DNA of 64,000 bases from Candidatus Nanoarchaeia archaeon. Its GTDB lineage: Archaea; Nanobdellota; Nanobdellia; WJKC01. A model generated the notes under the pieces. It searched no databases. It saw only the letters and a program-made list of their open reading frames with translations, and was not told where the DNA came from. This document shows positions 9,229 to 18,074 of the stretch, in pieces. Position 1 is the first letter of the stretch. Each line of letters starts with the position of its first letter. Position numbers and translations under genes: made by a program. Where the stretch lies: positions 125,632-189,631 of the forward strand of contig JBAZFG010000002.1 of NCBI GenBank assembly GCA_041653515.1, given 5' to 3'.

Positions 9229-10662
9229 ATGAATGATAATTACTCATCAATGTTTGGCTCTGACAATAATTTTAAGGCCTTTAGTGTGTCGCAGGACATG
9301 TTCCCCTTGACTGTAAACGAGTCAGTTATAAAAACCGCGGTTGATAAGGGTGCGAGTGAGAACAAGTGGGTTCTTGCTTTTGTTATTGGAACAAAGCCGT
9401 GCTTTTACAAGTTTTATGGCTCAATAATAGCTGCCAAGCAAATGGGTATACCTTACATTGTTATTAATGCTAATCAGCATTATGATGATAATCTTACTTA
9501 TGGTATTAAGGAGTTTGTTATTGATGTTGCCTGTAATCTTAATATTCGCGGCGGCTTGCTACAGAAATCTGTTGAGCTAATGCTGAAATTTAATTGGTTA
9601 TCAGATTATTTTAATAAAATAAACCCTAAAGCTAAAGTTGTTCCTGTTGTGCTTGGTGATACAATATTAACTAGTATTGTGCCTGCAGCCTGGATGTTTT
9701 CAAGGAATGAAAAAGCAATACAAAATGAGGCTGGTCTTAGGAGTATGGCGCCATCAGTTTTGAGAGCTAAGAATTTTGATGTTAAGGATTTTTATGAAAA
9801 ACAAGTGACTTGTGATTGGTTCCTATTGAGAAACGAGCCTTTCCCTGAGCAATGGGATACTTTTGTCTCAGCTGCTGGTTGCGAGTATCATTTTACTCCG
9901 TTGGAGCTTAACAAACAACACTTAATAAGAGAAGGTTATCCTGAGGAAAATATATTTGTTACTGGTGGCGTTGTTGTTGACGCTCTTAATTTGAAGTTAA
10001 ATGAAAAACCAACTAAAAGTGTTTTTGATATTTACCCGCAACTTAATGATGGTGACTGGATTCGTATGGATGTTCATCGCAGGGAGAATCTCACGCCATC
10101 AAGGTTTAAGGCTATTATTGGTTCAATTAAAGGTTTGTTAGATAATGGTTTTAAAGTTAATTTTGTTGAGATGAACGCGACTAAATTTGCTATTGATAAA
10201 TATAATTTTAGAAAAACAATTGATGGCCTGAAAATGAATAAGAATTTTTTAATGACTGATGTCTGGCCTGAGTACGCTAATGTTGTTGAGTTTTATAAGT
10301 CAAAGAATTGTTTGACTGCTTTTACTGATAGTGGTGGGGTTCAGGAGGAAATGAATTTATTGGGAAAGCCTTGTTTGACTTGTCGTTTTAACACTGACCG
10401 ACCTGAGACTGTTTTTGATGCCAAGACTAACTTGTTGGTGCCCCCAATTAGCAGTGATTTTATTTTTAATTCAATTAAACATCTGAATGATTCTGGCTTA
10501 TTAAGTAATCTATCAAAAGGCAAGCCAATATATGGCGCTGGTGTTGGTAATAAATTTATGAGCGTCCTTGATGATTTAATGAAGAATAATAAGCGGTTGT
10601 TTACTTGGTCTCATCAGTTCTTGGGTTTTGGTAATGATGATGATGACGCTGATTTTCTTTAA
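9229..10662 (+). CDS. UDP-N-acetylglucosamine 2-epimerase family protein (long form with N- and C-terminal extensions)
   Basis: Family motifs GTKPCFYKF (GTRPE-like), HRRENL and DSGGVQEE. Confidence 0.75.
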   Translation: MNDNYSSMFGSDNNFKAFSVSQDMFPLTVNESVIKTAVDKGASENKWVLAFVIGTKPCFYKFYGSIIAAKQMGIPYIVINANQHYDDNLTYGIKEFVIDVACNLNIRGGLLQKSVELMLKFNWLSDYFNKINPKAKVVPVVLGDTILTSIVPAAWMFSRNEKAIQNEAGLRSMAPSVLRAKNFDVKDFYEKQVTCDWFLLRNEPFPEQWDTFVSAAGCEYHFTPLELNKQHLIREGYPEENIFVTGGVVVDALNLKLNEKPTKSVFDIYPQLNDGDWIRMDVHRRENLTPSRFKAIIGSIKGLLDNGFKVNFVEMNATKFAIDKYNFRKTIDGLKMNKNFLMTDVWPEYANVVEFYKSKNCLTAFTDSGGVQEEMNLLGKPCLTCRFNTDRPETVFDAKTNLLVPPISSDFIFNSIKHLNDSGLLSNLSKGKPIYGAGVGNKFMSVLDDLMKNNKRLFTWSHQFLGFGNDDDDADFL

Positions 10663-11789
10663 ATTAAAGTTTTGAATATATTTTCTAGTAGTGGCGTGAC
10701 TTTCTTGGTTGAGTATTGTTTGGCGTATTTTTTTATTCCTTGTTTATTTTCTTTTAGCATCTTGTTGATTTTATTTGCCCAGTCGATTGATTTGTAAGGT
10801 TCGGCCAGGTCGCCGTTTTCTTTGTTGATTAATTCATTCATTGGCCTGACATTGCTGGCTATTACTGGTTTGCCTAATGCCCATGACTCGAGTATTATTA
10901 TGCCAAATCCTTCGACTGTGCTTGGGTTGACTACGAATTTTGATTCATTTATTATCCTTAATTTATGCTCGTGACTAACTCGGCCAGTGAATAATACGCT
11001 GCTGCTAACCCCTAATCGTCTGGCTAGTGCCATCCATTGTTTTTTCATTGGTCCGTCACCAACTATTATGAATTTGGTTTTCGGGTTCTTGCCAAGCACT
11101 GATGGCATTGCTTTGATGATTGTGTCAACGTTCTTGTAAAAGACATGCCTACCAACATAACAAAATTGGTTCTTCTCTTCAGTTCTTGGCGTCTTGTAAT
11201 CAGTTAAGTCTATCATGCAGGGCACAACTCTTATTGGTCGCTTAACGCCTGCTTTTATCAAGTCCTCTTTACTGGCGTTGCTGATAGTGTGAATCATTGC
11301 TGGCCTGATTTTTAGTATTATTTTTTCCATTAATGGCCCGATTATACTGAGCCCTTTGCTGACTCCGCGCTGACCACTCCAATTATTCCAGAAACTGCCT
11401 TGAGAGTAAACATCAAAGATGCTGATAACATGGGGTATTTTTAAGCAATAGGATACTGCGTGACCACTTAATGCTGGCGCGTAAGTGTTGGAGTGAATGA
11501 TATCAGAATCCTTAGCTATCTTTAATCCTTTTTTGAATGATTTAATGATGAATGAAGCATTGTTCATTAAACTCATATTCAAGTGGCCTTTGTAATCAAT
11601 TGGTTTGCCGACCCGATGGATTTTAACCCCGTTTAATTCTTCATAGCATTTAGTGCCTTTAAGTCGCTGAGTAATAACATTAACTTCATGGCCTCGTTTG
11701 GCTAATTCTTTAGCGTACTGGAAGAACAAGTACTCGCCGCCGCCGTAGATTGCTGGCGGGTATAATTGACAGAACTGGGTTATTTTCAT
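10659..11789 (-). CDS. GT4 (GT-B fold) glycosyltransferase, intact copy of the 7288-8443 pseudogene
   Basis: C-terminal EGFGIIILESWALGKPVIAS (E-x7-E region). N-terminal YPPAIYGGGEY, typical of GT4. Confidence 0.8.
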   Translation of the reverse strand: MKITQFCQLYPPAIYGGGEYLFFQYAKELAKRGHEVNVITQRLKGTKCYEELNGVKIHRVGKPIDYKGHLNMSLMNNASFIIKSFKKGLKIAKDSDIIHSNTYAPALSGHAVSYCLKIPHVISIFDVYSQGSFWNNWSGQRGVSKGLSIIGPLMEKIILKIRPAMIHTISNASKEDLIKAGVKRPIRVVPCMIDLTDYKTPRTEEKNQFCYVGRHVFYKNVDTIIKAMPSVLGKNPKTKFIIVGDGPMKKQWMALARRLGVSSSVLFTGRVSHEHKLRIINESKFVVNPSTVEGFGIIILESWALGKPVIASNVRPMNELINKENGDLAEPYKSIDWANKINKMLKENKQGIKKYAKQYSTKKVTPLLENIFKTLI

Positions 11790-11825
11790 AAGAGGAATGA
11801 AACTAAGATGGTTTAATAAAATTAA

Positions 11826-12827
11826 CTAAATATTAATTATTTCATAGCCTTTGTCATTGAATTCGAATTCAATTTCATTAGCACCTTCTTTTTTTAGCGC
11901 GTTGCTGATATTGTTTTTAGTGTCTTCTTTGCAGGCCCATATCATGCAGCCCCCTCCGCCTGCGCCGCAGAAACGAGCACCAATTGCACCGTTGTCACGC
12001 GCTATTTTGTCTAGTAATTGCATTCTTTTTGTTGTAACACTTGGATTAAGTTTAGTTTTGAACTCCCAGTCCTTGGTGATTAATTCAGCGAATTGGTTAA
12101 TATCTTCATTTATTAGTGCATCCCTTAGTTCAATAGCAATTGCTTTGGTGTCATCAAGGTTCTTGACAGCGAATTCATTATCTTGCTCATACTTGTCTGT
12201 GTGACCTTGAAGCACTTGGCTTACATGCGGCTTGCCTGTGTACGCTAGTATCATGTTGTCATTAAGGTATTTTTTGAATGATGAGCTAATATTTAGTTTA
12301 CTTACTTTAACATTAGCTCCACCAAGGAATTCTATTTGATTAAACCCACCAAAAACACTTGTGTACTGGTCTTGCCTGCCACCAATATTCTTTAAGTCTT
12401 CTCGTTCAATAAGGAAGCCCATTTCAGCTATTTCATGGTCACTTAATGTTATATTCATTAATCCTTTTAGTGCTCCTATCACGCTGGTGCTTAGTGAGGC
12501 GCTTGCGCCTAAGCCTGATTTTGGTGGTATGTCGCTTCTGACAAAAACGTCAATACCATGGTTTGGTTTTAATCGTTTGATTATTGCTTTAATTAAATCA
12601 AGCTCAGTATCATATGTTAAGTCTTCAATTGAGTTTCTTTCGACAATTGTGTTGTAATCGTTTGAGATGATTTTAATTATACTATCATTGCGCTTGCAAG
12701 CGACTGTTCTAACAAATTGGTTTATTGCTGTATTAATAACAAAACCACCATGTTCGGTTGAGTAAGGTTCAATGTCACTTCCACCCCCACCAAAATCAAT
12801 TCGTACTGGTGCTTTGCAAACAATCAT
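11826..12827 (-). CDS. GHMP-family sugar kinase (HddA / heptose- or hexose-1-kinase-like)
   Basis: GHMP motif PPKSGLGASASL and C-terminal GAGGGG. Sits among nucleotidyltransferase genes. Confidence 0.8.
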   Translation of the reverse strand: MIVCKAPVRIDFGGGGSDIEPYSTEHGGFVINTAINQFVRTVACKRNDSIIKIISNDYNTIVERNSIEDLTYDTELDLIKAIIKRLKPNHGIDVFVRSDIPPKSGLGASASLSTSVIGALKGLMNITLSDHEIAEMGFLIEREDLKNIGGRQDQYTSVFGGFNQIEFLGGANVKVSKLNISSSFKKYLNDNMILAYTGKPHVSQVLQGHTDKYEQDNEFAVKNLDDTKAIAIELRDALINEDINQFAELITKDWEFKTKLNPSVTTKRMQLLDKIARDNGAIGARFCGAGGGGCMIWACKEDTKNNISNALKKEGANEIEFEFNDKGYEIINI

Positions 12828-12862
12828 TATTATAATATTTTAAATATAAACCTTAATAAAAC

Positions 12863-14770
12863 TTGTGTAGTTTAAGTTGTTTAATGAGGCGGGAGCATTT
12901 ATTATTATTGCTAATTTTGTTGCTTGGCGCTGGCTTGCGTTTGTATTCGTTGCGCAATGAATACTTCACTGGTAATGACGCGTTCATTCATTATAGTGTT
13001 ATCAGGCAGGCCTTGGTTGATGGCAACTTAGTTACTTATGAGCTTAGTTATGGTAATCCTGTTATTCTTGAGCCGTTGGGCTTTTATTTAGTGACACTTA
13101 TCCCATCATTTGTTCTTGGGCTTGACATAGCTTTCCTGTTAATGCCTGTGTTGTCTGGCGTGCTGTGCCTGCTGGTTGCTTATTACTTGTTAAGGGATTT
13201 GTTTGGCGAGCGAGCGGCTTTGATTGCAGTGCTGTTATTATCCTTGTCAATGGCTCATATTTACCGCACGAGCGCTAACACTTATCGGGGTGATGGTTTC
13301 TTCCTGACTGCTTTCTTGTTAACGCTTTATTATTTCAATAAGTCACTTAAGGCATCAGTTAAGTATTCAGTAGTTACTGGCTTGTTAATGACTCTTTGCG
13401 CTTCCTTGTGGAATGGTTATCCATTAGGCGTGATTGTTATTATCAGTGGTTTGATAATTAATTCAACTCTTAAGTTCTTGAAGAATGATTTTGCTAAAAA
13501 GGATTTGACTAATATTTTTGCTTTATTAGTGACTTATTATTTCACTGAGTTAATTCTTATTTTGACTGGCGTTACTAAGCGTTTGTTTTTCACGAGCAAT
13601 AACGCTGTTCACGCGGTCATTACTTTTGCGCCTTTGTTTATTGGGGTGATTTATTATTTCACTAAGCGCGTTAAGAAGTCAAGTGTTCTTGGCGTGCTGG
13701 CGGTTGTTGGGGTAGTCTTGTTGTTGTTGAATATTAATACAGTTTCATCGTTAGTGGCTCAGTCATTGTTTGAGAATACTTTGTTCTATGAAGTTGGTGT
13801 TAGTGAATTATTGCCGCCAACTTTTGATTTGTTGAGCGCGATGCTATCATGGTCTCTTTTCCTGATGTGGCCTGGCTTGTTGTTATTAGTGTTGCTAATC
13901 CTGAAGAAGCGTGACGCGCGCCATATTACTTTTCTTGTTTGGTCAGTTATAACAATTTACTTGATGCTTAATTACTCGCGTTATAATTTCATTGTATCAG
14001 TCAGCGCCGCTGCCTTGTCCGCACTGTTCATTAATTATCTTTATTTAAAGGCAGAGCAGTATCGTAAGAACGCTGGTCTTGTGCTGGTCTTAGTTCTTGT
14101 CCTGCTTTATGTGTTTGTTATTCCTTTAACAGGGTCTGTCACTAATTTGTTTAATAATCTTAACAGTGTTAGTCCGCGCGTGAATGCAGAGTGGGCTGAT
14201 GCCTTGACTTGGATGAGAGATAATCTTGAGCCTGACTTAACTGTTACTTGGTGGGACCATGGCTCTTGGGTTCAGTATTTTGCTGGTTTTCCCACAATTG
14301 CTGATAGTGTTACTGGTCAGGATATTGGCCGGATTACTCGAGTGGCTCAATTCTTGATGACTGCTAAGAATGATACTTTTAGTGACCTTGGCGCTAAGTA
14401 CTTAGTCTTGGGGGCTGATGACGTTCTTTATTCTAATGCAATTGTTAGTATTGCTGATGTTAGGGGTTTTGAGATGTATGGGCTTGACAGTGGTTATTTC
14501 CAATCAAATGATGATGAGTTGTATTTTATTAGCGGCGACCTTGTGCTCGCGCCTCGTTTCGTGTTCTTTGCTAATCAGTCAATTCCGTTGATAGAGTCTA
14601 ATGGCACTGGTTGTTTGATGATTAATTATCTTGAGCCAAGGCCTTATTTATTATTCCTTAATGATTATGCTTGCAATACTAATTATGCTCAATTAATGTT
14701 TGGTCTGGGCTTGCCTGGTTTTGAATTATTGTATCAGAATGATTATGTAGTTGTTTATAGGATTGAATGA
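12863..14770 (+). CDS. Short AglB/STT3-like oligosaccharyltransferase paralogue (variant WWDHG motif)
   Basis: Thirteen or so TM segments followed by TVTWWDHGSWVQYFAG (WWDYG-type motif). First-loop acidic motif GNDAFIHY. The likely true start is the ATG at 12884. Confidence 0.65.
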   Translation: MCSLSCLMRREHLLLLLILLLGAGLRLYSLRNEYFTGNDAFIHYSVIRQALVDGNLVTYELSYGNPVILEPLGFYLVTLIPSFVLGLDIAFLLMPVLSGVLCLLVAYYLLRDLFGERAALIAVLLLSLSMAHIYRTSANTYRGDGFFLTAFLLTLYYFNKSLKASVKYSVVTGLLMTLCASLWNGYPLGVIVIISGLIINSTLKFLKNDFAKKDLTNIFALLVTYYFTELILILTGVTKRLFFTSNNAVHAVITFAPLFIGVIYYFTKRVKKSSVLGVLAVVGVVLLLLNINTVSSLVAQSLFENTLFYEVGVSELLPPTFDLLSAMLSWSLFLMWPGLLLLVLLILKKRDARHITFLVWSVITIYLMLNYSRYNFIVSVSAAALSALFINYLYLKAEQYRKNAGLVLVLVLVLLYVFVIPLTGSVTNLFNNLNSVSPRVNAEWADALTWMRDNLEPDLTVTWWDHGSWVQYFAGFPTIADSVTGQDIGRITRVAQFLMTAKNDTFSDLGAKYLVLGADDVLYSNAIVSIADVRGFEMYGLDSGYFQSNDDELYFISGDLVLAPRFVFFANQSIPLIESNGTGCLMINYLEPRPYLLFLNDYACNTNYAQLMFGLGLPGFELLYQNDYVVVYRIE

Positions 14771-16073
14771 GCTGGACGTATTCTTCTAATGCTTTGTCTG
14801 CTATTAGTCTTTCTTCTGCTTCAATGAATACTTTAACTGTGTGCCTAGTCTGGCTTGGTCTTAATAATACGCTTACTTCATCTGGCCTTGTGAATTTGAT
14901 GCCGTCCATTGTTAGTGCTTGAGTGTTTTCTTGCATTAACCGGTTGATTATTTTGGCCGCGACTTCTTCTTTCTCTTGATGAGTGCTAAACTCAACTTCT
15001 TCTTTGATGACAACTACTTTTGGTAGTTCATCTATTAACTCGCTTAGTTTTTTGCCTGTTTCTTTTATTATTCGCGCCATCATGAGAACGCTTAACGCGC
15101 CATCGCTGAAGGGGTAGTATTCATTCCAGTAGAAATGACTGCTTTCCTCGCCGCCGAATAACCCTTTTTGTTTGACTAATTCTTTTTCAATGAAAGTGTG
15201 ACCAACCTTGCACCAAACCATTGTTCCGCCCATTGGCTTGACTATTTTTGTTTCAATAACGCTTGAAACGCTTGGCGGAGCCACTATTACTCCTTTCTTT
15301 TTTTTGAGTATTTCTTTTGTGAATAACATTGTCATCATGTTACCGTCTATTACTCGGCCTTTATCATCAACGAACACGCTGCGGTCTCCATCCCCATCAA
15401 GTCCTGCGCCAAAGCTGGCGTTTTCACTCAATACTCTTTCCTGTAATTCATGTAAGTTCTTTTCTGATGGCTCTGGACTTTTCCCACCAAAGTCTGATTT
15501 TGGCTCATTGTTTAGGACTGTTGCGTCTAATAATTTATTGAACACACTATTAGTTAATGCGCCAGTACTGCCATTAAGGCAGTCAATAACGCATTTAACT
15601 TCTATTCGGCCAAACTCTTTTTCGAGGAATCGGGCGTAATCATTAGTGGCAGTAATATCTTGTTTTACTGAAGCGCTCTCTACTTTGTTGAAGTTATAAT
15701 TATTGAATAATTCCCTGACTTCTTTTAGTTCTTCTGGCGCAATGCCTGAGCCATCCCTCATTATTATTTTAAAGCCGTTATACTCTTTTGGTAAGTGTGA
15801 GGCTGTGATGAACACGCCAAAATCATAAGTATTTAGTATTTTATAATAGCACACTGGTCCAGGCATAAAACCGCCTTTTGTTACGTTAATGCCTGATGAG
15901 CGTAATCCTTCAATTAAGTGCTCGCCTAGTGCTGGGCTTGATTCCCTGCAATCCCACCCAATAAAACAAGTGCCTTTTAGTTTGGTGCCGAGCGCTCGGC
16001 CAAGAATGAACGACTGGTGCGTCGTGATGCCCCTCCCCCTGACGTCGTACGCCATAAAAATCTCCTCCTTCAA
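14679..16073 (-). CDS. Phosphomannomutase / phosphoglucomutase
   Basis: Active-site TASHLP and the metal-binding loop GLDGDGDR. The 3' end overlaps the convergent gene by 92 nt. Confidence 0.85.
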   Translation of the reverse strand: MKEEIFMAYDVRGRGITTHQSFILGRALGTKLKGTCFIGWDCRESSPALGEHLIEGLRSSGINVTKGGFMPGPVCYYKILNTYDFGVFITASHLPKEYNGFKIIMRDGSGIAPEELKEVRELFNNYNFNKVESASVKQDITATNDYARFLEKEFGRIEVKCVIDCLNGSTGALTNSVFNKLLDATVLNNEPKSDFGGKSPEPSEKNLHELQERVLSENASFGAGLDGDGDRSVFVDDKGRVIDGNMMTMLFTKEILKKKKGVIVAPPSVSSVIETKIVKPMGGTMVWCKVGHTFIEKELVKQKGLFGGEESSHFYWNEYYPFSDGALSVLMMARIIKETGKKLSELIDELPKVVVIKEEVEFSTHQEKEEVAAKIINRLMQENTQALTMDGIKFTRPDEVSVLLRPSQTRHTVKVFIEAEERLIADKALEEYVQLIQSYKQLHNHSDTIIQNQASPDQTLIEHN

Positions 16074-16078
16074 TTAGT

Positions 16079-17236
16079 TCACACCCAGTACTTACTGTTT
16101 TCCAGTTCCTCCTTGTCTTCATTGTATACAATGTTGCCGTCAATAATGCCGCTTGCTTTTAGGAATGGCCAGACTGTTGAGCCTTTAATTAAGTTTGAGT
16201 TCTCTTCTATAACGCTTTTATAACCAATCACGCAGAAGTCATTGATCTTCACGTTGTTTTTAATTACTGTTGTGCCGTCAATGATGCTGTTGTTAATTAT
16301 TGATTTCTGGCCTATGTGAGCGTTATCAAATATCACGCTTCCTTTGATGATTGAGCCCTCGCCTACTGTGACATCATGCATTAAGTGAGTGTTTGGGCCA
16401 ATAACGCAGTTCTTGCCAATAATGCACCCTTCTTCTATGATGACTTTGCCTTTGATTTCAGTGCCTTCTTTTATTACTGTGTTCTCGTGAATTATTGAGT
16501 TTTTTAGTTCGCTCATAACTTTATTGTTTAATTCAATGTAACCTCTTGGTGTTCCAATATCTGCCCAGTCACCTTTAAATTTGAAGCCGTGTAATGTGTC
16601 TTTTTCACAGAAGTACTGCCACATACTGCCAATAGTGTCAATGTTTTGGTTTTCATTAATGTATTCTGGTAATTTTTTATCAACCCATCCTTTGCTAAGA
16701 CCATATATTAGTGTGCTACCCAGTTGTGAGCGCGCTTCATCTGCTCTTGGTTTCTCTTGGAATGATGTTATAATATTGTTTTTTAGTTCTGCGACGCCAA
16801 ATAATTCAACCATGTATTTGTGGGGTAATTCGTATAATGCTATTGTTGCGCTGCTTGGTTTTATTGATTTACTAAACTCTTTTAAGTCAAGTCCATTAAT
16901 GTAATTATCCGCGCCTAGTATTATGAAATCATCACTGCCAACTTTTCCTACAGCATAATTAAGTCCTCCAACACTGCCTAGTTTGCCTTCTTCTTGGTTC
17001 TCAATTATTATGTTAACTTTCTTGTTAATTAGGAAGTCATTAATTTTTAGTTGTTTGTTATTAATGCTGACATAAATTTCATTAATTCCTGCTTCGTTTA
17101 GTTTGTTGATTAAGTGAATGATATTTGGCACGCCTGCTATTGGTAGTAAGCATTTAGGTGTTCTTAGTGTTAGTGGGTGTAATCTTGTTCCGCCGCCGCC
17201 TGCTAGTATTAGTGCTTTCACTGAACGCCACCCCAT
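16079..17236 (-). CDS. Bifunctional-type sugar-1-phosphate nucleotidyltransferase with C-terminal left-handed beta-helix domain (GlmU/archaeal ST0452-like)
   Basis: KALILAGGGGTRLHPLT at the N-terminus. The C-terminal half has hexapeptide-like repeats (IGKNCVIGPN, VGEGSIIKGSVI). The likely real start is GTG at 17221, forming a GTGA overlap with the upstream stop. Confidence 0.8.
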   Translation of the reverse strand: MGWRSVKALILAGGGGTRLHPLTLRTPKCLLPIAGVPNIIHLINKLNEAGINEIYVSINNKQLKINDFLINKKVNIIIENQEEGKLGSVGGLNYAVGKVGSDDFIILGADNYINGLDLKEFSKSIKPSSATIALYELPHKYMVELFGVAELKNNIITSFQEKPRADEARSQLGSTLIYGLSKGWVDKKLPEYINENQNIDTIGSMWQYFCEKDTLHGFKFKGDWADIGTPRGYIELNNKVMSELKNSIIHENTVIKEGTEIKGKVIIEEGCIIGKNCVIGPNTHLMHDVTVGEGSIIKGSVIFDNAHIGQKSIINNSIIDGTTVIKNNVKINDFCVIGYKSVIEENSNLIKGSTVWPFLKASGIIDGNIVYNEDKEELENSKYWV

Positions 17237-18051
17237 TCCCTGATAGCCCTCTCGTAACGCTCTGTGTTATCGGTTGGGAGCCATTGGCCTTCGAATGGGT
17301 AACCGTTTAGTTTGCCTTTTTCCTGTATTTTTGGGAAGATGTCATATTCCATTGAGGTAGGGCCTGTTTCATTAATCATGCTGATTATTGATGGGTCAAG
17401 CACGTACACGCCTGCGTTGATTAGTTTACTTACTGGTTCAGTTGGTTTCTCAATGAAATTAGTTATTACTGGGCCTTTTAGTAATGCGACGCCAAAGCTT
17501 GATGGGTCATCAACAGTTGTTAGTGCGATTGTTGCTTGACCTCCATTCTTTCGGTGGAAGTCAAATAAGCTTTCAATATCAATGTTAACTAAGTTGTCGC
17601 CGTTAAGCATTATGAATGGTTCGTTTAGCCATTCTTTGGCTAACCTGAGACAACCTGCTGTTCCTAATGGTTCATCTTCCATTATATATCTTAGTTTGAC
17701 TCCGAACTTGCTGCCGTCTCCAAAGTAATCTTTTACTTTTTCGCCAAGGTACCCGACAGATAGTGTTATGTCGCGAACTTCGTGCTTCCGGAGGAGGCTT
17801 ATTGTGTGTTCGATTAATGGTCTTCCTTGAACAGGTACCATTGGCTTGGGTATTTCGTAAGTTATTGGTCTGAGGCGTGTTCCTTTGCCGCCTGCTAGTA
17901 TTAGTGCTTTTTTAGGGCTTTTTCTGTCAAGGGCTTTTCTTAGTAAAAATTCAATAGCGTGACTGCGGTTCCTAATGCGGACGCCGTCAACAAAAGCATC
18001 AATATCATTTGTAAGTGATTGGTCGACTGTTATAGTGATTCTATCACGCAT
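17218..18051 (-). CDS. Sugar-1-phosphate nucleotidyltransferase fused to an N-terminal ribbon-helix-helix (CopG-like) domain
   Basis: Residues 1-45 (RITITVDQSLTNDIDAFVDG...RNRSHAIEFLLRKAL) have a strand-helix-helix pattern. They are followed by KALILAGGKGTRLRPIT. Confidence 0.75.
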   Translation of the reverse strand: MRDRITITVDQSLTNDIDAFVDGVRIRNRSHAIEFLLRKALDRKSPKKALILAGGKGTRLRPITYEIPKPMVPVQGRPLIEHTISLLRKHEVRDITLSVGYLGEKVKDYFGDGSKFGVKLRYIMEDEPLGTAGCLRLAKEWLNEPFIMLNGDNLVNIDIESLFDFHRKNGGQATIALTTVDDPSSFGVALLKGPVITNFIEKPTEPVSKLINAGVYVLDPSIISMINETGPTSMEYDIFPKIQEKGKLNGYPFEGQWLPTDNTERYERAIREWGGVQ

Positions 18052-18074
18052 AAAGAGTATGAAAAAGTATTACT

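Noticed and set aside
15889-16223. ORFs 15889-16077, 15910-16143 and 16017-16223 bridging the PMM/PGM and nucleotidyltransferase gene boundary.
   Set aside because: They overlap the conserved N-terminus of PMM/PGM or the C-terminus of the beta-helix protein, in other frames or on the other strand. They have no motifs.
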